A stretch of 39,200 nucleotides of DNA from Methanomicrobia archaeon LH_S13 (GCA_023659785.1 JAGXOR010000001.1:1-39200), one strand, 5' to 3'; numbered from the stretch's first letter, positions 10,264 to 19,702 are shown. Translations and numbers: made by a program. The notes: a model not told the origin generated them from the sequence alone.

Positions 10264-10286
10264 GTGAAGGTTAGGGGAAAAGGATA

Positions 10287-10448
10287 ATGATAGAAGTAGA
10301 AGTAGATATATTGGTGGATAAGGAAGAGATGGAAGCAAATGAATTCGTACAAAACTCGATAGGAAGAGCAATCGCGGGTGCGGTTTCTGCGCTTCATGGC
10401 GTGAAGGAGGACTGGAATGAGATAGAGATAAGAGTGAAGAGGAAATGA
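10287..10448 (+). CDS. Small 53-aa protein resembling the MobB C-terminal extension domain
   Basis: MIEVEVDILVDKEEMEANEFVQNSIGRAIAGAVSALHGVKEDWNEIEIRVKRK, with a purine-rich RBS. Missed by the ORF track. Confidence 0.7.
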   Translation: MIEVEVDILVDKEEMEANEFVQNSIGRAIAGAVSALHGVKEDWNEIEIRVKRK

Positions 10449-10455
10449 GATTAGC

Positions 10456-10953
10456 ATGAAAGAAGAAGAAGAAGAGGAAGAAATACTGAAGATATTGGAA
10501 GGAAACGCAAGAATCGCTGATAAGGAGATAGCGAGGATGGTAGGACTGAAAGAAGAGGAAGTGAAGCAAATCATTTCGGAACTGGAGAACAGAGGAGTAA
10601 TAAGGAAATACAAAGCAGTGATAAATCCAGAAAAAGCAGGGATAGAGACTGTTCATGCGTTAATAGACGTAAAAGTCGGTCCTGAAAGGGATACCGGTTA
10701 TGATCCCGTTGCAGAACGGATTGTGCGATTCCCGGAAGTGAAGTCAGTGCGATTGATTTCCGGCGAGTATGACCTTTCGGTATTGGTAGGAGGGAATACG
10801 ATGAGAGAGGTTGCGTATTTCGTTGCGGAGAAGATATCGTCTCTGGAGCAAGTTCGTAACACGGTAACGCATTTTTTATTGAAGACTTATAAAGAGAATG
10901 GAGAAATATACGAAGAGGAGGAGAAGGTGAAAAGATTAGCAGTAACACTGTAA
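10456..10953 (+). CDS. Lrp/AsnC family transcriptional regulator
   Basis: N-terminal HTH (NARIADKEIARMVG), RAM domain (SGEYDL) and THFLLKTYKE. Sits upstream of an aminotransferase, like alaR-alaT. Confidence 0.92.
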   Translation: MKEEEEEEEILKILEGNARIADKEIARMVGLKEEEVKQIISELENRGVIRKYKAVINPEKAGIETVHALIDVKVGPERDTGYDPVAERIVRFPEVKSVRLISGEYDLSVLVGGNTMREVAYFVAEKISSLEQVRNTVTHFLLKTYKENGEIYEEEEKVKRLAVTL

Positions 10954-11040
10954 AAATACTTTTTCTTTAAAACTTTTAAGGAAAGTTTTATCAAAAACGC
11001 TTCGTATAAAAAGAAAACCTGTGCTAAAAGGAAAAGGAGT

Positions 11041-12207
11041 ATGAATTCAAATAGAGTAGCAGATAGGGTGCGAGAAATAGAGGGCTCAGGCATAAGGAAG
11101 TTCTTTGATATCGCACAACAGATGGAAGAAGCGATTTCTTTGGGTGTCGGCGAGCCTGATTTCGTAACGCCATGGAGTATAAGGGAAGCGTGCATATTCT
11201 CGTTGGAAAAAGGCTACACGTCCTATACATCTAATTGGGGTCTGCTGGAGTTGCGGGAGATGCTTTCAGACAAAATGTATAACGAGGACTCGGTGTATTA
11301 CGAGCCCGAAGGAGAGATACTTATAACCACCGGAGTAAGTGAAGCGTCTGATCTGGCACTACGCGCGATTCTCAATCCTGGCGATGAGGTAATAATTCAC
11401 GAACCTTCTTATGTAAGTTACAAGCCGTGCACGGTATTCGCTGGTGGGGTTCCCGTATGCGTAGCTACGGAAGTAGAGAATGAATTCAAGCTGCAAGCAG
11501 AGGAAATAGAGGAAAAAATAACAGAGCATACAAAAGCTGTTGTTTTGAACTATCCAAACAATCCTACGGGAGCAACATTGAGCAGAAAGGACCTGGAAGA
11601 GATAGCAGATGTGGTGAACGAGCATGATTTACTTGTTATATCGGATGAGGTTTATGGCAAGCTGACTTATGAAGGTAAACATACATGCTTCTCCTCGCTT
11701 AATGGAATGCGGGATAGGACAATACTGCTGAATGGTTTCTCGAAGGCGTATGCGATGACAGGGTGGCGATTAGGGTATGCAGCAGGAAATAAAGAGATAA
11801 TAGAAGCGATGATGAAGATTCATCAATATGTTATGATGTGTGCACCAATTACCGCGCAGATGGCGGCGATGGAAGCATTGAGATGCAATGACGAGGTGGA
11901 GAGAATGGTAAGCGAGTACAATCGGAGGAGGCGGTTAATGGTAGAAGGGCTGAGGGAAATAGGGTTGAGCTGCTTTGAACCAAAAGGAGCGTTTTATACT
12001 TTTCCGTCTATTGTAAGCACGGGTCTCACTTCGGAAGAGTTTGCAAAGCGGCTGCTTTTGGAGGAGAAGGTGGTGGTAATACCGGGAAGCGTATTTGGTG
12101 CTTGTGGAGAAGGATTTATAAGGTGTGCTTATGCGGTGTCGCAATATGAAATAAAAGAGGTGTTGGAGAGGATGAGGCGGTTTTTGGAACGGCATCATGT
12201 AGTATAA
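11041..12207 (+). CDS. Aminotransferase class I/II (PLP-dependent; AlaT/AspAT-like)
   Basis: SLGVGEPDF, NYPNNPTGA, SDEVY and GFSKAYAMTGWRLGY motifs. Confidence 0.95.
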   Translation: MNSNRVADRVREIEGSGIRKFFDIAQQMEEAISLGVGEPDFVTPWSIREACIFSLEKGYTSYTSNWGLLELREMLSDKMYNEDSVYYEPEGEILITTGVSEASDLALRAILNPGDEVIIHEPSYVSYKPCTVFAGGVPVCVATEVENEFKLQAEEIEEKITEHTKAVVLNYPNNPTGATLSRKDLEEIADVVNEHDLLVISDEVYGKLTYEGKHTCFSSLNGMRDRTILLNGFSKAYAMTGWRLGYAAGNKEIIEAMMKIHQYVMMCAPITAQMAAMEALRCNDEVERMVSEYNRRRRLMVEGLREIGLSCFEPKGAFYTFPSIVSTGLTSEEFAKRLLLEEKVVVIPGSVFGACGEGFIRCAYAVSQYEIKEVLERMRRFLERHHVV

Positions 12208-12239
12208 AGAAAAGCGTTTTCGGAAATATTTTTTGTCCG

Positions 12240-12357
12240 CTAGATAAATGGATGCAACAATTGATGCTAAGACATTGTTGAATGCGTTATTGTTCGTGAT
12301 CGTGTTGTTACTTGAAGAATATAGGTAGATACCTTCGTCGTTGTCCATTACGTTAAC
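12240..12357 (-). pseudogene. Parallel beta-helix (NosD/CASH-like) surface-protein fragment
   Basis: NVMDNDEGIYLYSSSNNTITNNNAFNN is a typical archaeal beta-helix repeat unit, here isolated. Confidence 0.6.
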
Positions 12358-12371
12358 ATGAAGGAAAAGCT

Positions 12372-12406
12372 GGAAGCCCCATGCGTAAGCGTTGGGAGGA
12401 CGTCAC
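12372..12406 (+). mobile_element. Isolated IS200/IS605 right-end relic
   Basis: ggaagccccatgcgtaagcgttgggaggacgtcac has the same architecture (hairpin plus TCA[C]) as the right ends at 6796 and 10263. Confidence 0.6.
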
Positions 12407-13509
12407 TATCTTTCCCCCCTCTTCCTCTTACTCTCTCCCAACCTCCGTACCAATCCCATCCCTTTCTCTTCTATTTCTTTCGCTTTAATGTACCCCTTCT
12501 CCACTGCACCCTCGACTATCTCCTCTCCTTTTTCCGTGTGAGCGAAAACCGTTGACCACCCGTCTTCAGAGCCCACCGAGCCCACGGAAATATCGGCAAG
12601 TTCAGCGGTATAATCCATGCAAACCGAGCATCCCTCGCTCTCATAACGCTTTATCTCATCCAACGCAATAGCATAAACTTTACCTTCTTCATCATAAACC
12701 AAAAACTCTTTTCCCTTTATGTCGAACTTCCGCACGCGTTCTAAATCTAAACTCAGCTTATCCCTCACGAAATCCAACAGCTCTTCCTTGAAATTATCCA
12801 TGCAGAACAACCCAATCAACAATTTTATGCGCTCTTTTCCCACTTCATACGGCTGTTCTGAAGTTTGAACTTTTCTCAAACCCTGTATTTGACATGGCAG
12901 TCCTACGAATCCGATGTTTTCACAGCCAGCTTCCATCGCTTCTTTAATACCTACTACACCGGGATAAATCGTATATTTCGTGCCTGCACTCTGCTTCAAG
13001 TCCTCGTAACTTTTCGCAACTTTTGGTAAGGGTCTCCACTGGTCGTCTGAGGCCGTGGTAACAGCGCAATCTACTATCCCTGCCTCAAGCGCATAAGCAA
13101 GCAGCGAGGTAACCGCACCACCATCCTGCCCTTTTATATCTTCCTTCTTTGACTTAACCGCATAGCAACCTCGATAGATACCAAGAACATCTCCTTCTGC
13201 CTTTTTCCTTGCTTCCTCATTTCCAAATATTTTCCTCTCTATTTCAGCTAACGGCAAGAAAGTCCTGGGGCAGAAAGCATAACACAGCCCGCATATCGTG
13301 TCGTATTCTTCGACTAACTCCGGCTTAAGTTCTTTTTCACTTATTCTTATCTTATCGCAAAATGTTGCACAGGTGCCACAAAGGCTGCAAATTCGTTTAT
13401 CCACTACATCTCGCTTCAACGCTGAAAAACCCTGTTCTAAAAAGGTCGGCAGCCTTACATATTTCTGCTCTTTCGTTTCCAACTCAGTTGGATTTGTTTC
13501 TCTTGCCAT
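12406..13509 (-). CDS. Coenzyme F420 hydrogenase/dehydrogenase beta-subunit family protein (FrhB/FpoF-like) with N-terminal 4Fe-4S ferredoxin domain
   Basis: CSLCGTCATFC and CGLCYAFCPR; GQDGGAVT, GTKY, VGLPCQ, GLFCMDNF and CSVCMDYTAELADISVGSVGS motifs. Confidence 0.92.
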   Translation of the reverse strand: MARETNPTELETKEQKYVRLPTFLEQGFSALKRDVVDKRICSLCGTCATFCDKIRISEKELKPELVEEYDTICGLCYAFCPRTFLPLAEIERKIFGNEEARKKAEGDVLGIYRGCYAVKSKKEDIKGQDGGAVTSLLAYALEAGIVDCAVTTASDDQWRPLPKVAKSYEDLKQSAGTKYTIYPGVVGIKEAMEAGCENIGFVGLPCQIQGLRKVQTSEQPYEVGKERIKLLIGLFCMDNFKEELLDFVRDKLSLDLERVRKFDIKGKEFLVYDEEGKVYAIALDEIKRYESEGCSVCMDYTAELADISVGSVGSEDGWSTVFAHTEKGEEIVEGAVEKGYIKAKEIEEKGMGLVRRLGESKRKRGER

Positions 13510-13510
13510 T

Positions 13511-14440
13511 TCATTTCACTCCCGCCTTCTCTCTCAACTTCAAATACTCCTCCTCCACTCGCGCCTGTATTTTCTCTACAATATCCTCTGTAAGATGCCT
13601 GAACCTCCTTTGCTCTTTCATATACTCGCGCACGGGTTTCAACTCGGGGAAATCAAAGCTTAACCGGTATTCGCCGTCAATCACTTCATAAAGCGGAAAA
13701 ACACCGGTCTCTACTGCCAACCGACCTATTTCTATCGTTAGATTCGGTGGATACCTCCAGCCCGTGGGACATGGCGATAATATATGAACGTAAGCAGGTC
13801 CTTCGATCTCCGCTCCTCTCTTCACTTTATCCATTAAATCAAACGGATACGAAGGGCAAGCCGTCGCTACATAAGGTATCCTGTGCGCAACTGCAATTTC
13901 CGGCATGTTCTTCTTCCATGTCGCCTGCCCTATGCTTTTCTTCCCCACAGGCGCAGTCGTCGTCCACGCACTGTAAGGGGTGGAAGAAGATCGTTGTATT
14001 CCAGTATTCATGTAAGCTTCGTTGTCATAGCAAACATACAAAAAATCATGTGCGCGCTCCATAGCACCTGACAATGCCTGTATTCCGATATCCGAAGTGC
14101 CGCCGTCACCCGCGAATCCGACAAATTTCACTCCCTTATCAGGTATTTTACCTTTCCTTACCCTCGCTTTATACGCCGATTCTATACCTGACATCACTGA
14201 TGCCGAGTTCTCAAACAGTGTATGAATCCAGGGCACTTGCCATGAAGTTTGCGGTAACAGCGATGAGATAATCTCTATGCAGCCCGTAGCGGTAACGATT
14301 ATTACATTCTTTCCCAGCGCTTTACACACGTGCCGAACGGCGAGAGCCTCGCCACAGCCTATGCAGGCGCGATGCCCGGGAGCGAAGATTTCTTCGGTTG
14401 TAACCAACCTCGGCACAAACAATTCCTCTTCTTTCTCCAT
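13511..14440 (-). CDS. porB: Pyruvate/2-oxoacid:ferredoxin oxidoreductase beta subunit
   Basis: GHRACIGCG, TPP motif GDGGTSDIG...DNEAYMNTGIQRS, and SPCPTGW. Confidence 0.93.
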   Translation of the reverse strand: MEKEEELFVPRLVTTEEIFAPGHRACIGCGEALAVRHVCKALGKNVIIVTATGCIEIISSLLPQTSWQVPWIHTLFENSASVMSGIESAYKARVRKGKIPDKGVKFVGFAGDGGTSDIGIQALSGAMERAHDFLYVCYDNEAYMNTGIQRSSSTPYSAWTTTAPVGKKSIGQATWKKNMPEIAVAHRIPYVATACPSYPFDLMDKVKRGAEIEGPAYVHILSPCPTGWRYPPNLTIEIGRLAVETGVFPLYEVIDGEYRLSFDFPELKPVREYMKEQRRFRHLTEDIVEKIQARVEEEYLKLREKAGVK

Positions 14441-14460
14441 TTCCCTCTCTCCTTTTTATT

Positions 14461-14545
14461 TTACCCCTCGAGTACGCCGAGAGCACAGAGTTTTTTATTG
14501 TAGCTACCAAATCCCCTCTGTGTCCTCTGTGATCTCGGAGGTTAA
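14461..14545. repeat. REP-like imperfect inverted repeat between porA and porB
   Basis: Arm ttacccctcgagtacgccgagagcacagag pairs with arm ctctgtgtcctctgtgatctcggaggttaa. Confidence 0.7.
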
Positions 14546-14561
14546 CATCTTTTATCCCTTT

Positions 14562-15761
14562 CTACTCGCCTTCCCCATCCCTTATTCCTATCATCTCCAT
14601 TTCGATTTCCTCTCCACGCTCTATCGCTTTCACTTTTTCCAACGCACTCCGTATCATATACTCAAATCCTTCTATCAGTATGTCGCGTCCGCCAAGCCCA
14701 GCGATAAACCCCACCACATAGGGTCTCTTTTGCAGGCCATACAACGCTGATTTCACCTCTGAGCAAACAGGACCGCCCATTCCAAAAGATATGCAGCGGT
14801 CTAACACCACAAGCACCTCCACGTCCTTTACTGCCTCTCTGAGCTCCTTGAATGGGAAAGGTCGCCACAATCGTAATCTTATAAGTCCTACATCCTCTCC
14901 TTTAGCTCGCAGTTCATCTATCGCAAGCATTGCCGTTTCACTGCAGCTGCCCATCGTCAATAGCGCAATTTTCGCATCTTCCATCCGGTATTTCTCAACC
15001 GGTGCGTAATGCCTGCCGAAACGGTCGCCAAACGCTTTCCACGTTTCTATTATTTTTGATATCGTATTCTCAAACGCGACTTCCTGCGCCTTCTTCGTCT
15101 CCGGGTATATGAATGGTGGACCGTAACAGCCCATGCTCACCGGCTTGTCCGGGTCTAACGTAAAAGGGTGCTCGTATTCCGGAATGAACCCTGCTACTTC
15201 TTCGTCTTCTGGCAAATTCATGTCTTCGATTACGTGTGACAGATAAAAGCCATCAATATGCACCATCACGGGGAACAGAACCTCACTGTCCTCCGCTATC
15301 CGGTACGCACACAACGTGAGGTCGAATGCCTGCTGGTTGTTCTCTGCCAACATCTGTATCCAGCCTATGTCCCGAACAGCCATCATATCTGAATGGTCGC
15401 ACCATACCGTTAGAGGAGCGGATAATGCGCGGTTCGCTATCACCTCAACTACGGGCAGCCTCATTGAAGAAGGTATGTACAGCACTTCATGCATTAATTC
15501 TAACCCCTGACCCGCAGTGCACGTAAACACTCTTCCTCCTGCTGCCGATGCCCCTACGCATGCGCTCATTGCAGTATGCTCACTCTCAACGCAGATAAAC
15601 TCTGCATCCAGATCGCCATCTGCTACCATTTCCGATAATCTTTCTACAATATGCGTCTGCGGTGTAATAGGGTATGCTGCAATAACATCCGCGTTTGCCA
15701 TCCGAACTGCCTCGGCAACGGCAAAGGAACCTTCTAAGCCCACCACTCTTTCTTTTTTCAT
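14562..15761 (-). CDS. porA: Pyruvate/2-oxoacid:ferredoxin oxidoreductase alpha subunit
   Basis: AAYPITPQT, VESEH, NRALSAP, RLWRPFP and GLGGRD motifs. Confidence 0.93.
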   Translation of the reverse strand: MKKERVVGLEGSFAVAEAVRMANADVIAAYPITPQTHIVERLSEMVADGDLDAEFICVESEHTAMSACVGASAAGGRVFTCTAGQGLELMHEVLYIPSSMRLPVVEVIANRALSAPLTVWCDHSDMMAVRDIGWIQMLAENNQQAFDLTLCAYRIAEDSEVLFPVMVHIDGFYLSHVIEDMNLPEDEEVAGFIPEYEHPFTLDPDKPVSMGCYGPPFIYPETKKAQEVAFENTISKIIETWKAFGDRFGRHYAPVEKYRMEDAKIALLTMGSCSETAMLAIDELRAKGEDVGLIRLRLWRPFPFKELREAVKDVEVLVVLDRCISFGMGGPVCSEVKSALYGLQKRPYVVGFIAGLGGRDILIEGFEYMIRSALEKVKAIERGEEIEMEMIGIRDGEGE

Positions 15762-15789
15762 CTTTTATTTATCAATCAATCAATTCCTA

Positions 15790-15802
15790 TTTTATATAAC
15801 TA
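15790..15802 (-). promoter_or_regulatory. TATA-box-like promoter element for porA-porB-frhB
   Basis: TTATATAA on the minus strand about 31-38 nt upstream of the porA ATG. Confidence 0.5.
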
Positions 15803-15908
15803 CATAAAAAACCTATGGATTTATCCTTGCTTATCCCCACCCACTAAATATAAATATCTTTCCACTCTTCTTTTCATCGTCAAAAACTCATCATAAACTT
15901 CTAATCTC

Positions 15909-16140
15909 TCACATCGTGAAGTGGCTTCTCTCCTTTAATGCGTCTCTTATATCTCCTGCTTGAATTGAGAACTTCTCCCTCTTCAGTGCTTCTTCAAGCT
16001 CATCGGCATCTTTATCTGTTATAGTTAACTGAAATGTACCGAAATGTTTATCTTTATGCTTTATGATACTATCAAATAGGTGAACATTTGAGGAAAAGTG
16101 TGGATAAAAGACCTTAAGTGCGATGCGGATTTGATAGCAT
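15909..16140 (-). pseudogene. Gene fragment inserted between porD and porA (contains the 54-bp repeat)
   Basis: Start-less open frame ...RIALKVFYPHFSSNVHLFDSIIKHKDKHFGTFQLTITDKDADELEEALKREKF..., partly duplicated at 1..54. Confidence 0.5.
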
Positions 16141-16222
16141 CATACGAAGAGGTTTGAAACAAAATGTTTAAATTTCATAACCTTCCCATTAGCAATATTT
16201 GGATTTGTGATTTTCTTCTTTC

Positions 16223-16513
16223 TTATTCCTCCACCTCCTCAACCATTGTTATTACACCTCTCGGACATTCATGCGCACAGATTCCACATCCCTTGCAATA
16301 ATACAAATTGGCTTCGAAGTACCCTTCTTCATCCTCCTCAATGCACGCCTCCGGACAGTAGATATAGCATATCCCGCATTTTATGCAGCGCTCATTCTCG
16401 CGAACTGGTCTTTCCGACCGCCAATCACCTGTTTTATACACCGATGCACTTCCTGGTTCGGTAACCACAGCACCAATTTCTAAATCTTTCCACCCTATTT
16501 TTTCTCCACTCAT
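16223..16513 (-). CDS. porD: Pyruvate/2-oxoacid:ferredoxin oxidoreductase delta subunit
   Basis: KTGDWRSERP, CIKCGICYIYCP and YCKGCGICAHECP motifs. Confidence 0.93.
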   Translation of the reverse strand: MSGEKIGWKDLEIGAVVTEPGSASVYKTGDWRSERPVRENERCIKCGICYIYCPEACIEEDEEGYFEANLYYCKGCGICAHECPRGVITMVEEVEE

Positions 16514-16515
16514 TT

Positions 16516-17061
16516 TTAGCTCATCACCGTTTCTTCAAACGCTTTTCTCATCGCCGCGATATTCTTTGTGGCGACTTTCCCAAAACGTTCTTCCATCGGT
16601 TCCTCTAAGGACTCCAATTTAACGATTCCCGCTGCTTTTACCAGCGCTCCTATCATTGTCGTATTGACGATAGCCAAGCCTAAAACATCTCTCGCGATGC
16701 CCATCGCATCCACCGTCGCTAATTTATTCACGCCAATATCCGATCTTATTTCAGTCATTTTCTTCTTTGTATTGACTACCGCTATTCCATCCTTTTTAAG
16801 CCTTGAAACGACATCACCAACCCCTAGCAAACCAGGATCAAGCACGACTAACACATCCGGCTCTTCTATCTCTGCTCTAACTTTAATCCGTTCCGCTTCG
16901 CTCACCCTTAAGAACGCGAGAACGGGCGCTCCCCTCCTCTCGGGACCAAAAGAAGGCATTGACTGCGCATGTTTACCCTCTGAGATGGCTGCATGTGTGA
17001 CTAACTCCGCTAATGTAACTCCTCCTTGCCCCCCTCTCCCATATATGCATATCTCCATCAT
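16516..17061 (-). CDS. porG: Pyruvate/2-oxoacid:ferredoxin oxidoreductase gamma subunit
   Basis: GRGGQGGVT, PSFGPERRGAPV and NTTMIGA motifs. Confidence 0.93.
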   Translation of the reverse strand: MMEICIYGRGGQGGVTLAELVTHAAISEGKHAQSMPSFGPERRGAPVLAFLRVSEAERIKVRAEIEEPDVLVVLDPGLLGVGDVVSRLKKDGIAVVNTKKKMTEIRSDIGVNKLATVDAMGIARDVLGLAIVNTTMIGALVKAAGIVKLESLEEPMEERFGKVATKNIAAMRKAFEETVMS

Positions 17062-17140
17062 TTCAAACACCTTTTCTTTTTACAAAAAACCTTTTTGCAA
17101 GCAAAAATCTTTACTAAAAAAAAGATATATGTTTCTTTGA

Positions 17141-19039
17141 TCAAACTTTCTTTGTGAAAGAAAGTTTGTTTGGCGAAATGTAATCCCCGTAGTTCTCTCT
17201 TGCGAGGATTAGTCTTTGCTTTTGCTCTTCCAATACTTCAAACACTATTTTCGGCGTATCCAGGACTTTTGTCTTGTAGAACTCCATTACCCGTTCGATT
17301 TTAGCTAAAGTCTCTGCAACTCTTACCGTGAATTGTTTGACATAATCCTTGTTGGGATACTCTTTATCAAGCACCTCTCTAAACAGCCTCTTAAGGTCTT
17401 CATGTTTTGGTATGTGCCCTGTGGGCGTTGTTATTGCCTCAACTTCGTGATGAGAACGCAGTTCCATCCATTTGAGCCACACTCTCTTATCCGTTTTATC
17501 ATTCGTGAGATTACCTTCAGAATCTCTTAAAAAATAATTCACGGAGAATATAGGAGGCGGATTTCTCAATTTAGCGCCAAAATTCAAATAATCCTCTATA
17601 TATTTCCCAGTAGGTATCGAAAGGAAATCCAGGTTAGACATAGGATTGATTTTTTGCACTCCTTCTTTTCCCAGCGCTGCGGCTGTAGTTTCTGACTCCA
17701 GTGCGGCACCCATGGTGATAACGCCATGCACCCAATCAAAAGATTCTTCAACCGGGACCTTCGTGTCAGAATCTCTTCCACCGTATATTATCCCTCCTAT
17801 TACCACACCTTCAGGATTGTCAAGCTCAGGGTCCAGATTCTCTATGAGTCGCATGTCAAGTGTAAACCGGGCATTTGGATGCGAGAGTGATATTTCGTTA
17901 CCCTCTGCATCTCTCTTTCCCGGTGTCCATTCACCGGAGTGATGAATACCCTTAGTGGGCTGAGCTTCATTCTTACCAATCCAGTAGACGCCTTTTTCTT
18001 CCGTAACCAGTATATTTGAGAATATAATCTCATCTGGACTGTGAAGTGTCTTCCAGATCAGGGGGTCGTCCTCAGAGTTTATGCCGTGTATTATTCCAAA
18101 TATTCCCTTCTCTGGATTGACTGCACGTATTACTCCGTCCCTTTTCCTCAGGTATGCTATATCATCCCCAATTATGGTTTCTCCCAGCAGCATAGATGTA
18201 GAAGTCTTTCCGCAGAGTGAAGGAAACGCACCCGTAAAATAAGTTACTCTCTTCGATGGACCATGCACGCCCATGATAAACATGTGTTCTGTCCGCCAAC
18301 CCTCTTTTGACCCTTTGTTTATTGCTAAGCGCATTGCTAACTTCTTAAGTCCTATGGTATTGCCGCCATACTGCGTATTCACGCTATACACGGTTTCATC
18401 CTCAAGGTCAATATACACCCGGCGTTTATCAATATTCTTGGAGGTCATTTCCTCGTCCAACGCTCCCGCGGAATGCACAAACTTGAAGAACCGTACAGAT
18501 TTGCCCAATCTTACGAACTCTTCATAGCCCTGTCTATACAACAGGTCCTCTGAATGGGCTACATAACCGGAATCGGTAAGCTGAACCGCGGGTATTGAGA
18601 ATTGCGAATTGAGTGGTCCCAAACAGAAAAAAAGCACGTACAACTGGTGCCCCTGCATGATGCCTCGCATAGTGTCATGAATTTCTTTGAGTCCCTCTTC
18701 CCTATCTACCGCATTTATATTAGCACCTAAATCAACACCCGCTGGTAGAAGGAACTTAGTGTTTTTCTTATCCCTTGCCTGGTCGTAATAGCCGTCGAAA
18801 TGAACCGTATGACCTTCCATAGCAAGTTCCTTCTCTTCTCCAGCTCTTATCGCTTCTTGCCTGATGTAGTAGACATCCTCAGGCGAGCCAGTGGAAACAA
18901 AAACTTTATCAGGATTACACAGCTCAACATACCTGGCAATGAATTGATGAAGCTCTTGGTTATCTATCCTGCTGAGCTTTCGGTAGTTTTCGTCTCCTAA
19001 TCTTGCTTTTAGCATGTCCATCGTTCTTTTATCTTCCAT
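17141..19039 (-). CDS. pckG: Phosphoenolpyruvate carboxykinase (GTP)
   Basis: TQYGGNTIGLKK, EHMF, GAFPSLCGKTS, GDDIAY, HPNARFT and YGGRDSDT motifs. Probable start MEDKRT at 19039; the ORF-track extension overlaps the divergent Lrp. Confidence 0.95.
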   Translation of the reverse strand: MEDKRTMDMLKARLGDENYRKLSRIDNQELHQFIARYVELCNPDKVFVSTGSPEDVYYIRQEAIRAGEEKELAMEGHTVHFDGYYDQARDKKNTKFLLPAGVDLGANINAVDREEGLKEIHDTMRGIMQGHQLYVLFFCLGPLNSQFSIPAVQLTDSGYVAHSEDLLYRQGYEEFVRLGKSVRFFKFVHSAGALDEEMTSKNIDKRRVYIDLEDETVYSVNTQYGGNTIGLKKLAMRLAINKGSKEGWRTEHMFIMGVHGPSKRVTYFTGAFPSLCGKTSTSMLLGETIIGDDIAYLRKRDGVIRAVNPEKGIFGIIHGINSEDDPLIWKTLHSPDEIIFSNILVTEEKGVYWIGKNEAQPTKGIHHSGEWTPGKRDAEGNEISLSHPNARFTLDMRLIENLDPELDNPEGVVIGGIIYGGRDSDTKVPVEESFDWVHGVITMGAALESETTAAALGKEGVQKINPMSNLDFLSIPTGKYIEDYLNFGAKLRNPPPIFSVNYFLRDSEGNLTNDKTDKRVWLKWMELRSHHEVEAITTPTGHIPKHEDLKRLFREVLDKEYPNKDYVKQFTVRVAETLAKIERVMEFYKTKVLDTPKIVFEVLEEQKQRLILARENYGDYISPNKLSFTKKV

Positions 19040-19161
19040 CTTCCATCTTTTTCCCCTCCTACTTCGCGTTCCCTCTTCTGCTTTCATGACTATAATTAAT
19101 AAACCAAAAAGAATAAAAAGCATAATCAGTTTATAAATATTTCGATATTTAATTTTTACAA

Positions 19162-19647
19162 ATGATGGAAACAAAGTTGAAGAAAAAGGACAAATGTATT
19201 TTGAATGCGTTGCTTGAGAACGGAAGGCTTTCTTATTCTGAGTTGAGTAGAAGGTGTGGGATAAGTAGGCAAGTTGCTTTTGAACGTGTAAAGAAGCTAT
19301 CAGAGGAGGGTATAGCAAAGGGATTTGCAGTATGTTTGGATAGGGATAAGCTTGGATTCTCCTTTCAGGCTTATGTTCTACTCATTGCAAAGCCGGAAGA
19401 GAAATTGAGAAGTGAACTCGCAGATTTCTTGCGGAACAGTAAAAACGTGAGTAAAATTCAACTCCTCTTCGGCAGGTTTGACTTCTTCTTAGAGCTTCTT
19501 TTCCGCGATAAGGAAGAGATGACGGTTTTCTTAAGGGCGATACAATCTTTTAACGCTGTTGAGAGAACCGAGACATTTATCGTGTATCAAACGATAAAGG
19601 ATAAACCAGAAGACCCGCTTTTGGAGTGTTTTAGAGAGGAGGAATGA
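19162..19647 (+). CDS. Lrp/AsnC family transcriptional regulator, divergent from pck
   Basis: LLENGRLSYSELSRRCGISRQVAFERVKKL HTH and GRFDF RAM domain. Confidence 0.9.
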   Translation: MMETKLKKKDKCILNALLENGRLSYSELSRRCGISRQVAFERVKKLSEEGIAKGFAVCLDRDKLGFSFQAYVLLIAKPEEKLRSELADFLRNSKNVSKIQLLFGRFDFFLELLFRDKEEMTVFLRAIQSFNAVERTETFIVYQTIKDKPEDPLLECFREEE

Positions 19648-19702
19648 AACGTAAGTGGTAAATAAACATAAGGAAATAAGGTGGTGAAACAGAACAATTT
19701 AA

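Noticed and set aside
19040..19318. N-terminal extension of PEPCK in the ORF track
   Set aside because: It overlaps the divergent Lrp gene and promoter region; homology begins near MEDKRT.
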